A DNA stretch of 64,000 bases from Planctomycetota bacterium (GCA_038212275.1 JBBQUR010000022.1:1-64000), one strand, 5' to 3'; positions 48,602-58,389 are shown, counted from the first letter of the stretch. The notes: generated from the sequence alone by a model not told the origin. A program made the numbers and translations.

Positions 48602-49624
48602 ATGTCTTTCGCAAGCTGCCGGGCTGTCTGTGTCCGGCTGGTGTTCGCCCTGTGCTGCGCGCGGGCCGTGTCGGCGCAGGATGCGCCCGTGCCCTCGCCG
48701 GACGAAGCGGCTGCGTCCGCGGCGCCGGCCGATACGGCGTCGCCCGGCACGGCGCCGGCAGACAGCCTCGTCACGGCGGACGGCCGCATCGGCGTGGCGT
48801 CGCTGGAGTCGCTCGCCCGCAACGACGATGGCCTCGTGGCGCGAGTCGGTGACATCGAGCTGCGGCGCAGCGATGCCTTCCGCATCCTCGACCTGGCGGC
48901 GCCGGCGCGTTCGGCCGAGGTCATCCGCCAGATGGTGCTGACCACCGGCGCCCAGCTCGAGGCCGCCCGCGAGGGCATCGACGTGCCGGCCGGGCAGCTG
49001 GCTGCCGACATCGAGTCCGCCATCTCGGCCCAGAAGGCGAGTTTCGCGCTTGAGGTGGACGAGCACATGCCGCTGGAGGAGTACCTGCGCCTGCGCCACG
49101 GCCTGAGTCCCGAGGAATACCGCGCCGAGGTCCGCCGCATGGTGCTGGCCTCGCTGCTCATGGAGCGTGCCGCGCGCCTGGATCAACTGCGCTCGGACCA
49201 CGACGAACTCGAGCTCATCGTGGTGGAGGACGAGGTGCTCGCGCGCGACCTGGCCTCGCAGCTGGAGGGCGGTGCGTCGTTCTCGGTGCTGGCGAAGAAG
49301 CATTCGGTGCATCCGTCGGCCTCGTCGGGCGGGGCCTTGCCGCCCGTCCCGTCCAGCGGAGAGATCCCGCTGCTCGACGGCAGGGCGGGGCTGGCGCCCG
49401 GGGAGCGCCTGGGGCCCGTCTCCATCGTCGTGAAGGGCAAGACGCTGTGGCGGCTGCTGCGACTCGTGGAACGGGTGTCGGCGACGGCCGCACCGTGGTC
49501 CGAACTGCGGGACAGGATCGAGCGGAGCCTCGCCGAGCGGCCGCTCACTCCCGACGAGCTGGCTCTCTTTGAAGCGCACATCGTCGACCGCTATGGTGTG
49601 ACCCGTTTCACGAGGCCGCCATGA
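48602..49624 (+). CDS. Parvulin (PpiC)-type peptidyl-prolyl isomerase / PrsA-SurA-like foldase
   Basis: Signal peptide; LIVVEDE.LA..L..QLEGGASFSVLAKKHSVHPSASSGGAL. Confidence 0.75.
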   Translation: MSFASCRAVCVRLVFALCCARAVSAQDAPVPSPDEAAASAAPADTASPGTAPADSLVTADGRIGVASLESLARNDDGLVARVGDIELRRSDAFRILDLAAPARSAEVIRQMVLTTGAQLEAAREGIDVPAGQLAADIESAISAQKASFALEVDEHMPLEEYLRLRHGLSPEEYRAEVRRMVLASLLMERAARLDQLRSDHDELELIVVEDEVLARDLASQLEGGASFSVLAKKHSVHPSASSGGALPPVPSSGEIPLLDGRAGLAPGERLGPVSIVVKGKTLWRLLRLVERVSATAAPWSELRDRIERSLAERPLTPDELALFEAHIVDRYGVTRFTRPP

Positions 49625-50352
49625 TCGAGAAAGCCCAGGACCTGCTGCCGGCCGAAGATGGCGATGCCACGCCCGAGGGTCCGCCTGCGCCTGGCCGGGG
49701 GCGCCTGTCGGATCGCGTCGACGACGAAGCTGCCGGTGCCGATCGGGGCGAGACCGCGATCGATGCCGCTGATGCGACGGACGCGGCCGGTCATGAGCCT
49801 GAGGACTCCGTGGCGGACGCCGAGGCGTCCGCGCTGCTGCCGCTCGGGGCGCGGATCGAGGCCCTGTTGTTCGCCTCCGCGCAGCCGCTCTCGCCCATGC
49901 GCCTGGCCAATGTGCTCGGCGTGGACGTCGCCGCGGTGCACGCGGCGCTTGCTGGCCTCGTCGCGGCCTGGCAGCAGCGCGCCGGCGCCGTGGATCTCGT
50001 GGAGATTGCCGGAGGTTTCCGCTTCCTCACGCGGCCCGAATACCACACCGATGTCGGCAACCTGCGGGGCAAGGTCGGCACCGAGCGGCTCTCGCCGGCC
50101 GCGCTCGAGACGCTGGCCGTCGTGGCCTATCGCCAGCCCATCGGGCGCGCGGAGGTCGAGGCCGTCCGCGGCGTGCAGGTCGGGCCCGTGTTGCGGCTGC
50201 TGCTCGATCGTGATCTGATCCGCATCACCGGCCGTTCGGCCGAACCCGGCCATCCCCTGCTTTACGCAACCACGAGGCGCTTCCTCGACCACTTCGGCCT
50301 GAAGTCGCTCAAGGCGTTGCCGGACCTCAAGGATCTTCTGGAATCACCATGA
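49621..50352 (+). CDS. scpB: SMC-Scp complex subunit ScpB
   Basis: IEALLFAS..PL, EIAGGFRFLT, LSPAALETLAVVAYRQPI.RAEVEAVRGV, PLLYATT..FLDHFGL. Confidence 0.95.
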   Translation: MIEKAQDLLPAEDGDATPEGPPAPGRGRLSDRVDDEAAGADRGETAIDAADATDAAGHEPEDSVADAEASALLPLGARIEALLFASAQPLSPMRLANVLGVDVAAVHAALAGLVAAWQQRAGAVDLVEIAGGFRFLTRPEYHTDVGNLRGKVGTERLSPAALETLAVVAYRQPIGRAEVEAVRGVQVGPVLRLLLDRDLIRITGRSAEPGHPLLYATTRRFLDHFGLKSLKALPDLKDLLESP

Positions 50353-52208
50353 GTTTTGTCTGGTTTCGCAAGTACCACAAGCCCTTCCTGTGGTTCGCCG
50401 TCATTTTCACCATCGTGGTCTTCGCCACCTTCTCGGGCATGTCCGACCTGAAGACGATGCTCTCCGGGCACCCGTCCGACCGGGTCGTCGGCGAGTTCAC
50501 GGTGGCAGGCACCGGCGCGGTGAGCGTCGTCAGCATCGACGACTTCCAGCGCGTGCGCACCGAGTTGAACCGGTGGAACTACCTGGTTTCGCGCGGTGGA
50601 AGCATCAACGACGACTTCGTCTGGGCGCACATCATCGCGCTGACCGATGCGCGGGCCGCGGGCCTGAACGTCGCCGACAGCGACGTGAGCACGGTGGTCA
50701 CGCGTTTCGTCGGGCAGATGGTGCAGCCCGGCGTCACGCCCACCAAGGACGACTACCGCCAGCTGTGGAGCACCAACCTGCAGTTTCCTTCCGCCCGTGA
50801 CTTCGAGGAGTTCATCAGGGGGCTGCTGCTCGCGAACCGCTATCGCGAAGTGACCGTCGAGGCGGCGGGGCTCGTGGACGCCGACGAGGTCTACCTGCGC
50901 TGGCGCGCCGACAACGAGCTCTTCGATGTCGACGCCGTCGTCATCCCGGATGTCGAGCTGGACAAGGTGCCCGATCCGACGCCGGAGGTGCTGGCCGCGT
51001 GGTGGGACGCCATGCCCGAGGCGAATCGCGATGCGCGCTTCGTCGAACCGCAGAAGCAGGACATCGTCTACGCCTGGCTGCCGCTGGATGCAGGCCCCGA
51101 GCTGATCGCCGATGAGTTGCTCGCCGCGCTGGCCGAGCCCGATCCGCAGGAGGTCGAGGGGCGCTTCCAGCAGTTCCGGACGACCCGCTGGCCCGATGCC
51201 AACGAGCTGGACGACACCGTGCGGGCCGCGATCGTCCGCGAGCTGAAGATCGTGGCGCTCGCGCAGAAGGCGCAGGACGAGTTCGAAGCGCGCACCGACA
51301 AGGCTGCAGCGACCTTCATCGAGGCCATGACGGCGGCCGGCCTGAAGGTGGTGAACCCCGAGGGCGAGATCGGCCCCGAGCAGTTGAAGTCGCTGGAAGG
51401 CATCGGCGACGAGACGCTGCAGTACTGGCTGGGCCAGCGGAAGGCCGGCGAGACGCATTTCGGCTACCCCTACGGCGGTCAGAACTTCGTGGACGTCGTC
51501 TATGTCGAGACGGTCACGCCGAGTCATCCGCTCAGCTTCGAAGCGGCGCACGACGCCGCCGTGAAGGCGTGGAAGGAACTGCAGCGCGACAAGCCTGCCG
51601 AAGAATTCCGCGAGAAGATCCGCAGTGCGACGCGGGCCTTGCCCGAGGTCGCCGCCGTGCTGGCTCCGCTCATCGAGGCCGCCGACAAGCGTGCCGACGA
51701 AGCCGTCGCCGCGGCCACGGAGCTCGACGACGCCGCCAAGGCGGCCCTGCGCAGCCAGATGCTGGCCGACTCCGAAACGAACGACATCGTGCCGCGCCTC
51801 GCCGAGTACGAGCACCTGGTCTGGAAGGACATTCCGCTGCCCGGGGGAGCGCGCCGGATCGAGCTGAAGGACGTGTCCCACGCCTACGCCCGCAAGCCGG
51901 ACGATGCGCTGGAGGCGGCGAACAGCATCGAGCGCTTCCTGAAAACCAACGGCGCCATCTTCAGGCTGGGCGTGGATGCGATCTCGGAGCCGCTGCGCCA
52001 CGCCGCGTCCAACCAGTCGGTGGTGGTGGAAGTCGTGGGGCGTTCGTTCCCCGACAAGGCGGTCATGCTCGGCGATCCGGCGAGCCTTGAAGTCGCGCGC
52101 AATCAGCTGGCCGCTCAGAGGCAGAACGAGGCGAACGCCAGCTTTGCCGCGGACATCGTCAAGACCAGCCATCACCTGAAGCTGGCAGCCAAGCCCGAGG
52201 TGAACTGA
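50349..52208 (+). CDS. PpiD/SurA-N-like membrane-anchored periplasmic chaperone
   Basis: WFRKYHK plus TM anchor; A..AGLNVADSDV; PDPTPEVLAAWW...F.EP; PLSFE.A. Confidence 0.55.
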   Translation: MSFVWFRKYHKPFLWFAVIFTIVVFATFSGMSDLKTMLSGHPSDRVVGEFTVAGTGAVSVVSIDDFQRVRTELNRWNYLVSRGGSINDDFVWAHIIALTDARAAGLNVADSDVSTVVTRFVGQMVQPGVTPTKDDYRQLWSTNLQFPSARDFEEFIRGLLLANRYREVTVEAAGLVDADEVYLRWRADNELFDVDAVVIPDVELDKVPDPTPEVLAAWWDAMPEANRDARFVEPQKQDIVYAWLPLDAGPELIADELLAALAEPDPQEVEGRFQQFRTTRWPDANELDDTVRAAIVRELKIVALAQKAQDEFEARTDKAAATFIEAMTAAGLKVVNPEGEIGPEQLKSLEGIGDETLQYWLGQRKAGETHFGYPYGGQNFVDVVYVETVTPSHPLSFEAAHDAAVKAWKELQRDKPAEEFREKIRSATRALPEVAAVLAPLIEAADKRADEAVAAATELDDAAKAALRSQMLADSETNDIVPRLAEYEHLVWKDIPLPGGARRIELKDVSHAYARKPDDALEAANSIERFLKTNGAIFRLGVDAISEPLRHAASNQSVVVEVVGRSFPDKAVMLGDPASLEVARNQLAAQRQNEANASFAADIVKTSHHLKLAAKPEVN

Positions 52209-52220
52209 AGCGCTCGCGCC

Positions 52221-52466
52221 TCAGGCCTGCGGCGAGGGCCGGCACGGCGGCCGGCTGCGGATCACGGGGTCGAATCCGCCCTTGCACAGCGGGTTGCAGC
52301 GCAGGACGCGCCAGGCGGCAAGAGGCAGCCCGAGGCACAGGCCGCGGCGCATGACCACCTCCGCTGCGTAGTGCGAGCAGCTCGGCGTGAAGCGGCAGCT
52401 GTCCGGCACCAGCAGCCCGAAGCTGTGACGCCACAGGGAGCCGAGCGCCGAGAACAGGGCGCCCAT
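52221..52466 (-). CDS. yidD: Membrane protein insertion efficiency factor YidD
   Basis: CRFTPSCSHYA...WRVLRCNPLCKGGFDPV. Confidence 0.93.
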   Translation of the reverse strand: MGALFSALGSLWRHSFGLLVPDSCRFTPSCSHYAAEVVMRRGLCLGLPLAAWRVLRCNPLCKGGFDPVIRSRPPCRPSPQA

Positions 52467-52885
52467 CAGCTCGGGCTCTCCGGGCGTCGCGGCTGCGCTG
52501 CTGCGCGTGCTGCGGCCCGCGCCCAGCGCTCCAGCACGCGCTGAAGGGCGGCGCGCGCCTCGGGCAGGCTGGTGGGGGCGGAGCCGGCGCGCGCCACGAG
52601 CACGAGGTCGCAGGCGCCCTGCAGCGCAGCGCGCTCGTGGCGGAAGGCCTCGCGCAGCACGCGCTTGACCCGGTTCCGGGCGGGCGCTCCGCCGACGCGC
52701 CGGCTCACCGAGAGGCCGATGCGCCAGCCGCGTGCGGCGTCCTCCGGCGGAGCGGCGAGCACGAAGGCCACGACGGCGCGGTCCACGAGCTTCAAGCCGT
52801 CGCGATAGGTCACGTCGAAGCCGGCCTGCCCGCGCAGCCGTGCCTCCGGCGGATGACTGCGCTCAGCGAGGCGTTTGCGCGACAT
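52466..52885 (-). CDS. rnpA: Ribonuclease P protein component
   Basis: RL....F..TY; RIGLSVSRRVGGAPARNRVKRVLREAFR; DLVLVAR. Confidence 0.92.
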   Translation of the reverse strand: MSRKRLAERSHPPEARLRGQAGFDVTYRDGLKLVDRAVVAFVLAAPPEDAARGWRIGLSVSRRVGGAPARNRVKRVLREAFRHERAALQGACDLVLVARAGSAPTSLPEARAALQRVLERWARAAARAAAQPRRPESPS

Positions 52886-53939
52886 CGCTCGCTGCGCGGG
52901 CACGGAGCGTCTCGATGCGTCGGAACACCTCGGGCGCCATGTCGTCATCCTCGAAGCTGAGGCGCTTCACGCGCAGTCGCAGGAATTTCTCGAGGTCGTC
53001 GGCGGCGGCGGCATAGTGGCCGAGCTGCTCGTTGACGTCGGCGCGGTTGTAGTACTGGAGCTCGCCGATGAGCTTGCGCTGCTCCAGGATGGCCATCTGC
53101 GCAAAGAATCCGTCCAGGTCGCCGGCGTTGTAGCTCACCGTGGCGACGAGGTCGCGCAGCATGACTTCCTTCTGGCGGTTGTTCGCGATGCGTTGCTCGA
53201 GGTCCACCTTGGCCGACGCGGAGATCTTGGAGTTCTTCTGAAGCTGGCTCTGCGTGAAGTAGGTGTCGGAATCGAGCTGCCCGAGCGCGCGCAGCGCAAG
53301 CGGAAGTGATTCCTTGTCGCGATCGCCCAGGGCGTTGAGCGTCAGCACCAGGTCGACCATCGCGAAGGCATTGTCCTTCTGCAGCGGGTCCGCGAGCACG
53401 CGGCGCAGGGCGGCCTCGCCCTGCTGCAGGCGGTCATGACGCGCGGACTGTTCCTGCAGCAGCGCCTGTTCGTCCTGCTGGCGCGTGCCGACCGAGAGGA
53501 AGTCGCTGGCAAGCCGCTTCTGGATGCGCTTGATTTCGCGGTCGTGCTCGAAAGCGCGTGCGAGGCTGGCGCTGCCGAGGCCCATGGAGGCGCGGAAGTC
53601 GTCGCGACCTTCGCTCGTGTCGAGGATCGCGTCGAAGATCGAGATCGACTCGTCCAGCAGGATCGAGTTGTTGGAGATGTTGCCGATCTTGATCAGGCAG
53701 AAGGCCTTGATCAGCAGCATGTTCTCGTCGTCGGGCTCGATGGCGAGCGCCATGTTGGCCTGATGCAACGCCTGCGGATACGAGCCGCGGTCGTAGTAGC
53801 TCTGGCTGTTCTCGCGAAACAGGCCGAAGCGCTCGTTCGAGCCGTCCGGGGTGGATGAGCAACCCGAGGCGGGAAGGAGCAGCGCAAGCAGCGCGAGCGT
53901 CGCGAGCTTCAGGAGAGGTCTTCCGCGTCGTAGACCCAT
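52863..53939 (-). CDS. TPR-like lipoprotein
   Basis: Lipobox ASGC after a hydrophobic stretch; helical TPR-like repeats (YYNRA..NEQLG.Y..A..DLEKFL). Confidence 0.7.
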   Translation of the reverse strand: MGLRRGRPLLKLATLALLALLLPASGCSSTPDGSNERFGLFRENSQSYYDRGSYPQALHQANMALAIEPDDENMLLIKAFCLIKIGNISNNSILLDESISIFDAILDTSEGRDDFRASMGLGSASLARAFEHDREIKRIQKRLASDFLSVGTRQQDEQALLQEQSARHDRLQQGEAALRRVLADPLQKDNAFAMVDLVLTLNALGDRDKESLPLALRALGQLDSDTYFTQSQLQKNSKISASAKVDLEQRIANNRQKEVMLRDLVATVSYNAGDLDGFFAQMAILEQRKLIGELQYYNRADVNEQLGHYAAAADDLEKFLRLRVKRLSFEDDDMAPEVFRRIETLRARAASDVAQTPR

Positions 53940-54373
53940 GTGTGCCCTGCGGGTTGCCACTCGACGATTTCGTTCGCGTCGAAGAAAAGGCCGATCTCGC
54001 GCTCCGCTGCCGCCGGAGAGTCGCTGCCGTGGATGAGGTTGTACGAGCGCGAGACGCCGAAGTCACCGCGGATGGTGCCGGGCTCGGCGTCGCGGCCGAA
54101 GGTGGCACCCATCATCTTGCGGCAGACGGAAATGGCGCCGACGCCTTCCAGAGCGAGCACCAGCACGGGGCTTTCGCTCATGAAGCGCACCAGGCCCGGG
54201 TAGAACGAGCGGCTTTTGTGGGCTTCGTAGTGCTTCTCGAGCAGACTGGGAGCAAGGCGCGTGAAGCGCGCGGCGACGACCTTCAGGCCCTTGGCCTCGA
54301 AGCGCGCCAGAATGGCGCCCATCAGGCCGCGCTGGATCGCATCGGGCTTGAGGATGATCAGCGTACGTTCCAT
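53909..54373 (-). CDS. ndk: Nucleoside diphosphate kinase
   Basis: MERTLIILKPDA, PGTIRGDF, NLIHGSDS, EREI. Confidence 0.97.
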   Translation of the reverse strand: MERTLIILKPDAIQRGLMGAILARFEAKGLKVVAARFTRLAPSLLEKHYEAHKSRSFYPGLVRFMSESPVLVLALEGVGAISVCRKMMGATFGRDAEPGTIRGDFGVSRSYNLIHGSDSPAAAEREIGLFFDANEIVEWQPAGHTWVYDAEDLS

Positions 54374-54476
54374 GGACACTCCGTCGTGCGGGGGCTGGCG
54401 GCTGCAGGCCTTGCTTGCCGGCGACCGGAAAAGCGGCGCATTGTAGGCCGGGCCTGCGGAGAAGGGGAAGGCCGGC

Positions 54477-54513
54477 CCCACGGCGCCACCGCGCCACGGC
54501 GCCACGGCGCCAT
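54477..54513. repeat. Short 8-bp tandem repeat (CACGGCGC, about 4 copies) in divergent intergenic region
   Basis: cccacggcgccaccgcgccacggcgccacggcgccat. Confidence 0.65.
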
Positions 54514-54582
54514 GCCCCGGGATTTTCCCGTCCGTCGGGCGGTCGGCCTTGAGCCGGATGGCGGGGTCGCTAGTCTGTTGGC

Positions 54583-55296
54583 ATGCCAGTCCGCATGCCG
54601 CTGACCCCGCGCCGTCTGTTCGCGCCTCTCCTGGTCGGCGCAGTGCTCGTTGCGGGCTGCGGCGTGCCGCGGTCGACGCCGCCCCCGGGGCTGCTTGCCG
54701 ACGACTCCACGGTGCCGAATCTCCGGCGCGGCCAGGAGGCGCTGCGCGACCGCATCGCCCTCGAAAAGGAACACGTCGAGGCCCTCAACCTGCAGCTGTC
54801 GGGCCTGCGCGGCGACGAGGAGCGCCTGTACGCGACGTATCTCGCGGCCGAGGCCGACTATCAGCTGCGCGCGCAGGATCTCGCCGGCGTGGAGAACGAC
54901 ATCGCCGGTGTGCGCCATCAGCTCGAGGACACGCGCGCGCAGCTCGCGGCCTCGCGGATAGATCTCGCGCAGTTGCAGGCCGACCTCACCGCCACCGGAA
55001 TCGAGGTCGTGAGCCTGCGCCAGCAGCTCGACGCCGCGCACGCCCTGCGCGACGTGCTCGCCACGCAGCTCGGGGGCGAGTCGGCAGCCGGCGCGGTGAC
55101 CGAATCGCCGAAGCCCCCGGCGTCGGAGCCGGATCCCGCGGCCGAAGCGCCGCAGCCGCCAACCGAGGAACCGACACCCGCGGCGGAAGAGCCGGCGCCC
55201 GCGGCCGAAGAGCCGGCGCCCGCGGTGGCGGAACCGGAACCGCCCGCCACTCCCGGCTCCGTCGGCAGCGGCGGTGGCGGGGGCAGCAACGCGTGA
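54583..55296 (+). CDS. Coiled-coil lipoprotein with Pro/Glu/Ala-rich tail
   Basis: Lipobox VAGC; heptad pattern; AAEEPAP repeats; upstream TTGAGC-N16-TAGTCT. Confidence 0.7.
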   Translation: MPVRMPLTPRRLFAPLLVGAVLVAGCGVPRSTPPPGLLADDSTVPNLRRGQEALRDRIALEKEHVEALNLQLSGLRGDEERLYATYLAAEADYQLRAQDLAGVENDIAGVRHQLEDTRAQLAASRIDLAQLQADLTATGIEVVSLRQQLDAAHALRDVLATQLGGESAAGAVTESPKPPASEPDPAAEAPQPPTEEPTPAAEEPAPAAEEPAPAVAEPEPPATPGSVGSGGGGGSNA

Positions 55297-55496
55297 CGGC
55301 CGCACACCCGCCGGGAGACCTTCGGGTCCTCGGCTCGGGTTGTTCTCCCGCGCACGACACGCGGGCGAGAAAGGCCGCTTGACCCAGCGAAGCCGACCCG
55401 TACGATGTCGCCCTTTTCTGTACCTAGGCCGGAAAATCGGGTACGCGACACACGCCGCGGCCTCGCGAGCCGGGTCCTTCGCGGGGCCAGGTCAAC

Positions 55497-55820
55497 GTGC
55501 CTAAGTTGCGTAAGAAAAACGACTTGGATCTGCTGCTGTGCGGCTCGCTGGGCCTTGAACTGGCGCTCGCCCTCGGCTGCGGTGCCTGGCTCGGAATCAA
55601 ACTGGACACATGGCTCTCAACCACCCCAATCCTGCTCGTGACCGGCTGCACGCTCGGCCTTCTGGCCGGGATGCTGCGAGTCGTCCGTACGGTGTCGGGC
55701 CTGCAGGCCCGCGGGCCGCGCAAGGAGCCGCCCGGTGATGACGGCCCCGACCAGTCCGCAGGTCGGCCAGCAGGGGAGCCCCGTGTCCGGCGACCGGAGC
55801 AACCCACGGACGAGCCGTGA
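55497..55820 (+). CDS. AtpZ/AtpI-family ATP synthase gene-1 protein
   Basis: LGLELA...GAWLGIKLDTWLSTTPILLV.G..LGL.AG; first gene of the atp operon. Confidence 0.8.
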   Translation: MPKLRKKNDLDLLLCGSLGLELALALGCGAWLGIKLDTWLSTTPILLVTGCTLGLLAGMLRVVRTVSGLQARGPRKEPPGDDGPDQSAGRPAGEPRVRRPEQPTDEP

Positions 55821-56202
55821 CCTGCGCTTTGCCCTGGGCGCGCTGCTGCTGACCGTTCTCGTCCCCGGCGTGCTGCTGCTCGCGACTCCCTTTGGCGAGG
55901 CGCGCAGCCAGCTCGGCACGCTGGCAGGCTGGGGCTCGGCCCTCGTGATCATGGTGCCCAGCTACCTGCTCGTCGTGCGCTCGATGGAGAGCACGGACAG
56001 CCACCGCTTCCTGCGCGCGTTCATGCTCGGAACGCTGATGCGGCTGCTGCTCACCGTCGCGGCCGTGCTGCTGTTCGTGACGCAGGTGCCGGACGCGCCC
56101 TCCAAGTCCTTCGTGCTCGCTTTCTTCCTCGGCTACATGCTGCTGATGGGACTCGAACTCATGCTGACGGTGCGAGTCGGCGTCCGGAGGGCGGACGCAT
56201 GA
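55783..56202 (+). CDS. ATP synthase I-like membrane protein
   Basis: Four TM segments, F.RAFMLG.LMRL; directly upstream of atpB. Start uncertain (55735 or GTG 55783). Confidence 0.65.
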   Translation: MSGDRSNPRTSRDLRFALGALLLTVLVPGVLLLATPFGEARSQLGTLAGWGSALVIMVPSYLLVVRSMESTDSHRFLRAFMLGTLMRLLLTVAAVLLFVTQVPDAPSKSFVLAFFLGYMLLMGLELMLTVRVGVRRADA

Positions 56203-57332
56203 GCCTGCTTTCGGCTCTGCTTGCTTCGCTGTTCGCACTTGCGCTCCAGCACGCGCCTGCGCCCCAGGCTGCTGCGCCGCAGGTCGCCGCGCCGCAGGCC
56301 CAGTCCGCCGTGCAGCACATCGAGGAGCAGGTCGAGGGACTCGAAGACGAGGCCGAGCACCTCGAGAGCCAGATCGCCGCGCACGCTCCCGGCCACGACG
56401 GCAAGCCGACGTCGAGCCAGATCTTCCAGGGGCTCTTCAAGCACCTCGAGCCACACGCCGTGACGGCGTTGTGGTTCGGCGGCAGCAAGAAGATGTTCGG
56501 CCTCGTGCCGGCCTACGCGGCGGACACGGACGGCAACGCCCTGCACGAGGACGAGCACGGGAATCCGGCCGTTTTCCACAGCCGCGCCGAGCTCAACGCC
56601 CACTACGCCGCCGACTTCGGCGGGGGGCAGGGCATCCTGATCTACAACATCAACACGGCGCAGTGGCTCGCCGCGATCACGCTGGTGATCGTCGTGCTGC
56701 TCGCCGCGCGCTCGGCGCGACGGCAGTCCGGCCAGGCGCCGCGCGGCACGGGCTACCACATCCTCGAATCGATCGTGCTCTACGTGCGCGACGACATGGT
56801 CTACACCGTGATGGGGAAGCACCACGGCGAGCGCTTCGTGCCGCTTTTCCTCACGCAGTTCTTCTTCATCCTGTTCATGAACCTGTTCGGGCTCATGTAT
56901 CTGGGAAGCATCGGCGGCACGGCCACGGCCAACCTCGCGGTGACCGGCGGCATGGCGCTGACCACGCTGCTCTTCATCCATTTTTCGGGCATGCGGGAGC
57001 ACGGCTTCCTCCATCACTGGAAGAACTTCGTGCCGGCCGGACTGCCCTGGTTCGTGCTGCCGATCATCATCCCGGTCGAGCTCATGGGCATGATCGTGAA
57101 GCCTGCCGCGCTGACCATCCGCCTCTTCGCGAACATGACCGCGGGGCACCTGGTCGTGCTGGGCTTCTTCGGCCTGATCTACCTGTTCGGCAGTTATGCG
57201 ATCGGCGTGCCCGTGCTCGGCATGAGCATCGCGATCTACTGCCTCGAACTCTTCGTCTGCTTCGTGCAGGCGTACATCTTCACCTACCTCTCGATCATCT
57301 TTGTCGGGGCGTCCGTTCACCCCGAACACTAG
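56199..57332 (+). CDS. atpB: F0F1 ATP synthase subunit a
   Basis: FFFILFMNLFGL, TATANL.VT, PVELMG..VKP.ALTIRLFANMTAGH, ELFVCFVQAYIFTYL. Confidence 0.95.
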   Translation: MSLLSALLASLFALALQHAPAPQAAAPQVAAPQAQSAVQHIEEQVEGLEDEAEHLESQIAAHAPGHDGKPTSSQIFQGLFKHLEPHAVTALWFGGSKKMFGLVPAYAADTDGNALHEDEHGNPAVFHSRAELNAHYAADFGGGQGILIYNINTAQWLAAITLVIVVLLAARSARRQSGQAPRGTGYHILESIVLYVRDDMVYTVMGKHHGERFVPLFLTQFFFILFMNLFGLMYLGSIGGTATANLAVTGGMALTTLLFIHFSGMREHGFLHHWKNFVPAGLPWFVLPIIIPVELMGMIVKPAALTIRLFANMTAGHLVVLGFFGLIYLFGSYAIGVPVLGMSIAIYCLELFVCFVQAYIFTYLSIIFVGASVHPEH

Positions 57333-57395
57333 TCGTTCGCACCAGTCACGTTCCCTGGGGGCAACTGCTCCCGAATATTCCTGGAGATTGTCTCG

Positions 57396-57638
57396 ATGGA
57401 CATGAATGTCGGTCTCGTTGGTATTGGCGCCGGTATCGGCGCGGGTCTGGCCATCATCGGCGGCGGCGGCGGCATTTCGCGCCTCGCAGCTGCGGCGATG
57501 GAAGGCATGGCGCGCCAGCCGGAGGCCGCTGGTGACATCAAGGGCACCACGATCATCACGGCCGCATTCATCGAGGGCGTCACCCTCTTCGCCGTCGTCG
57601 TGTGCCTCATGCTCGCGCTGAACACGGTTCAGAAGTGA
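57396..57638 (+). CDS. atpE: F0F1 ATP synthase subunit c
   Basis: GxGxG helix, EGMARQPEA loop, AAFIEGV. Confidence 0.96.
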   Translation: MDMNVGLVGIGAGIGAGLAIIGGGGGISRLAAAAMEGMARQPEAAGDIKGTTIITAAFIEGVTLFAVVVCLMLALNTVQK

Positions 57639-57825
57639 CCTTGGCGTGGGTCAGGCCGGGCCGGTGCGACCCCGCGGCGCACCGCCCGACCTGACGAACG
57701 CGGCGATTGTGGCCGGCGGCACCTGGCGCCGCCGGCTCCCAGTCGCATCCCTGTTCGAATCGCGCGCTCCGTGAGGAACGCGCTCGTCTGACTTTCAGCG
57801 ACCGATCTGCTCCAAAGGATCCGCG

Positions 57826-58389
57826 ATGCTCGCGACATACGCAGCCATGTTCCCGACTGTCCTGCTGAGCGAAGGCGCTGGTTTCAACCCGCTGAACTTC
57901 GATCCGGCGGCCATGGTCCTGACGCTGATCACGTTCTTCGGTCTGCTGTTCATCCTCACCAAGTTCGCGTGGAAGCCGATTCTGGCGGCGGTCCACACGC
58001 GCGAGAAGAAGATCGACGATGCACTGGCCAAGTCTGCGGCGGATCAGGCCGAGGCGGCCCGCTTGCTCGTCGAATACAAGCGCAGCCTCGCCAACGTGGA
58101 CGCCGAGCTGGGTGCGCTGCGCGAAAAGGGCCGCGTCGAGGCCGAAGCCATGCGCCGCGAGCTCATCGCGCAGGCCGAGAAGGATGCCGGCGCCGTGGCC
58201 GAGAAGGCCCGCCGCGACATCGAGCTGGCCCGCAACCAGGCGCTGCAGGACATCCGCAAGGAGGCCGTCACGCTCGGTCTCGCGGTGGCCGGCAAGGTCG
58301 TCGGCCGCAGCGTCGACAACGCCGACCAGCGCCGCATCGCCACCGAGGTCGTCTCCGGCCTGAGCACCGTGGCGCACGGGGGACGCTGA
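57826..58389 (+). CDS. atpF: F0F1 ATP synthase subunit b
   Basis: TM followed by KFAWKPIL...RE.KI; coiled coil. Confidence 0.93.
   Translation: MLATYAAMFPTVLLSEGAGFNPLNFDPAAMVLTLITFFGLLFILTKFAWKPILAAVHTREKKIDDALAKSAADQAEAARLLVEYKRSLANVDAELGALREKGRVEAEAMRRELIAQAEKDAGAVAEKARRDIELARNQALQDIRKEAVTLGLAVAGKVVGRSVDNADQRRIATEVVSGLSTVAHGGR

Noticed and set aside
55170..55240. AAEEPAP 21-bp repeats (similarly KAPDE at about 48200 and PPAG at about 33330)
   Set aside because: Ordinary low-complexity linker duplications.
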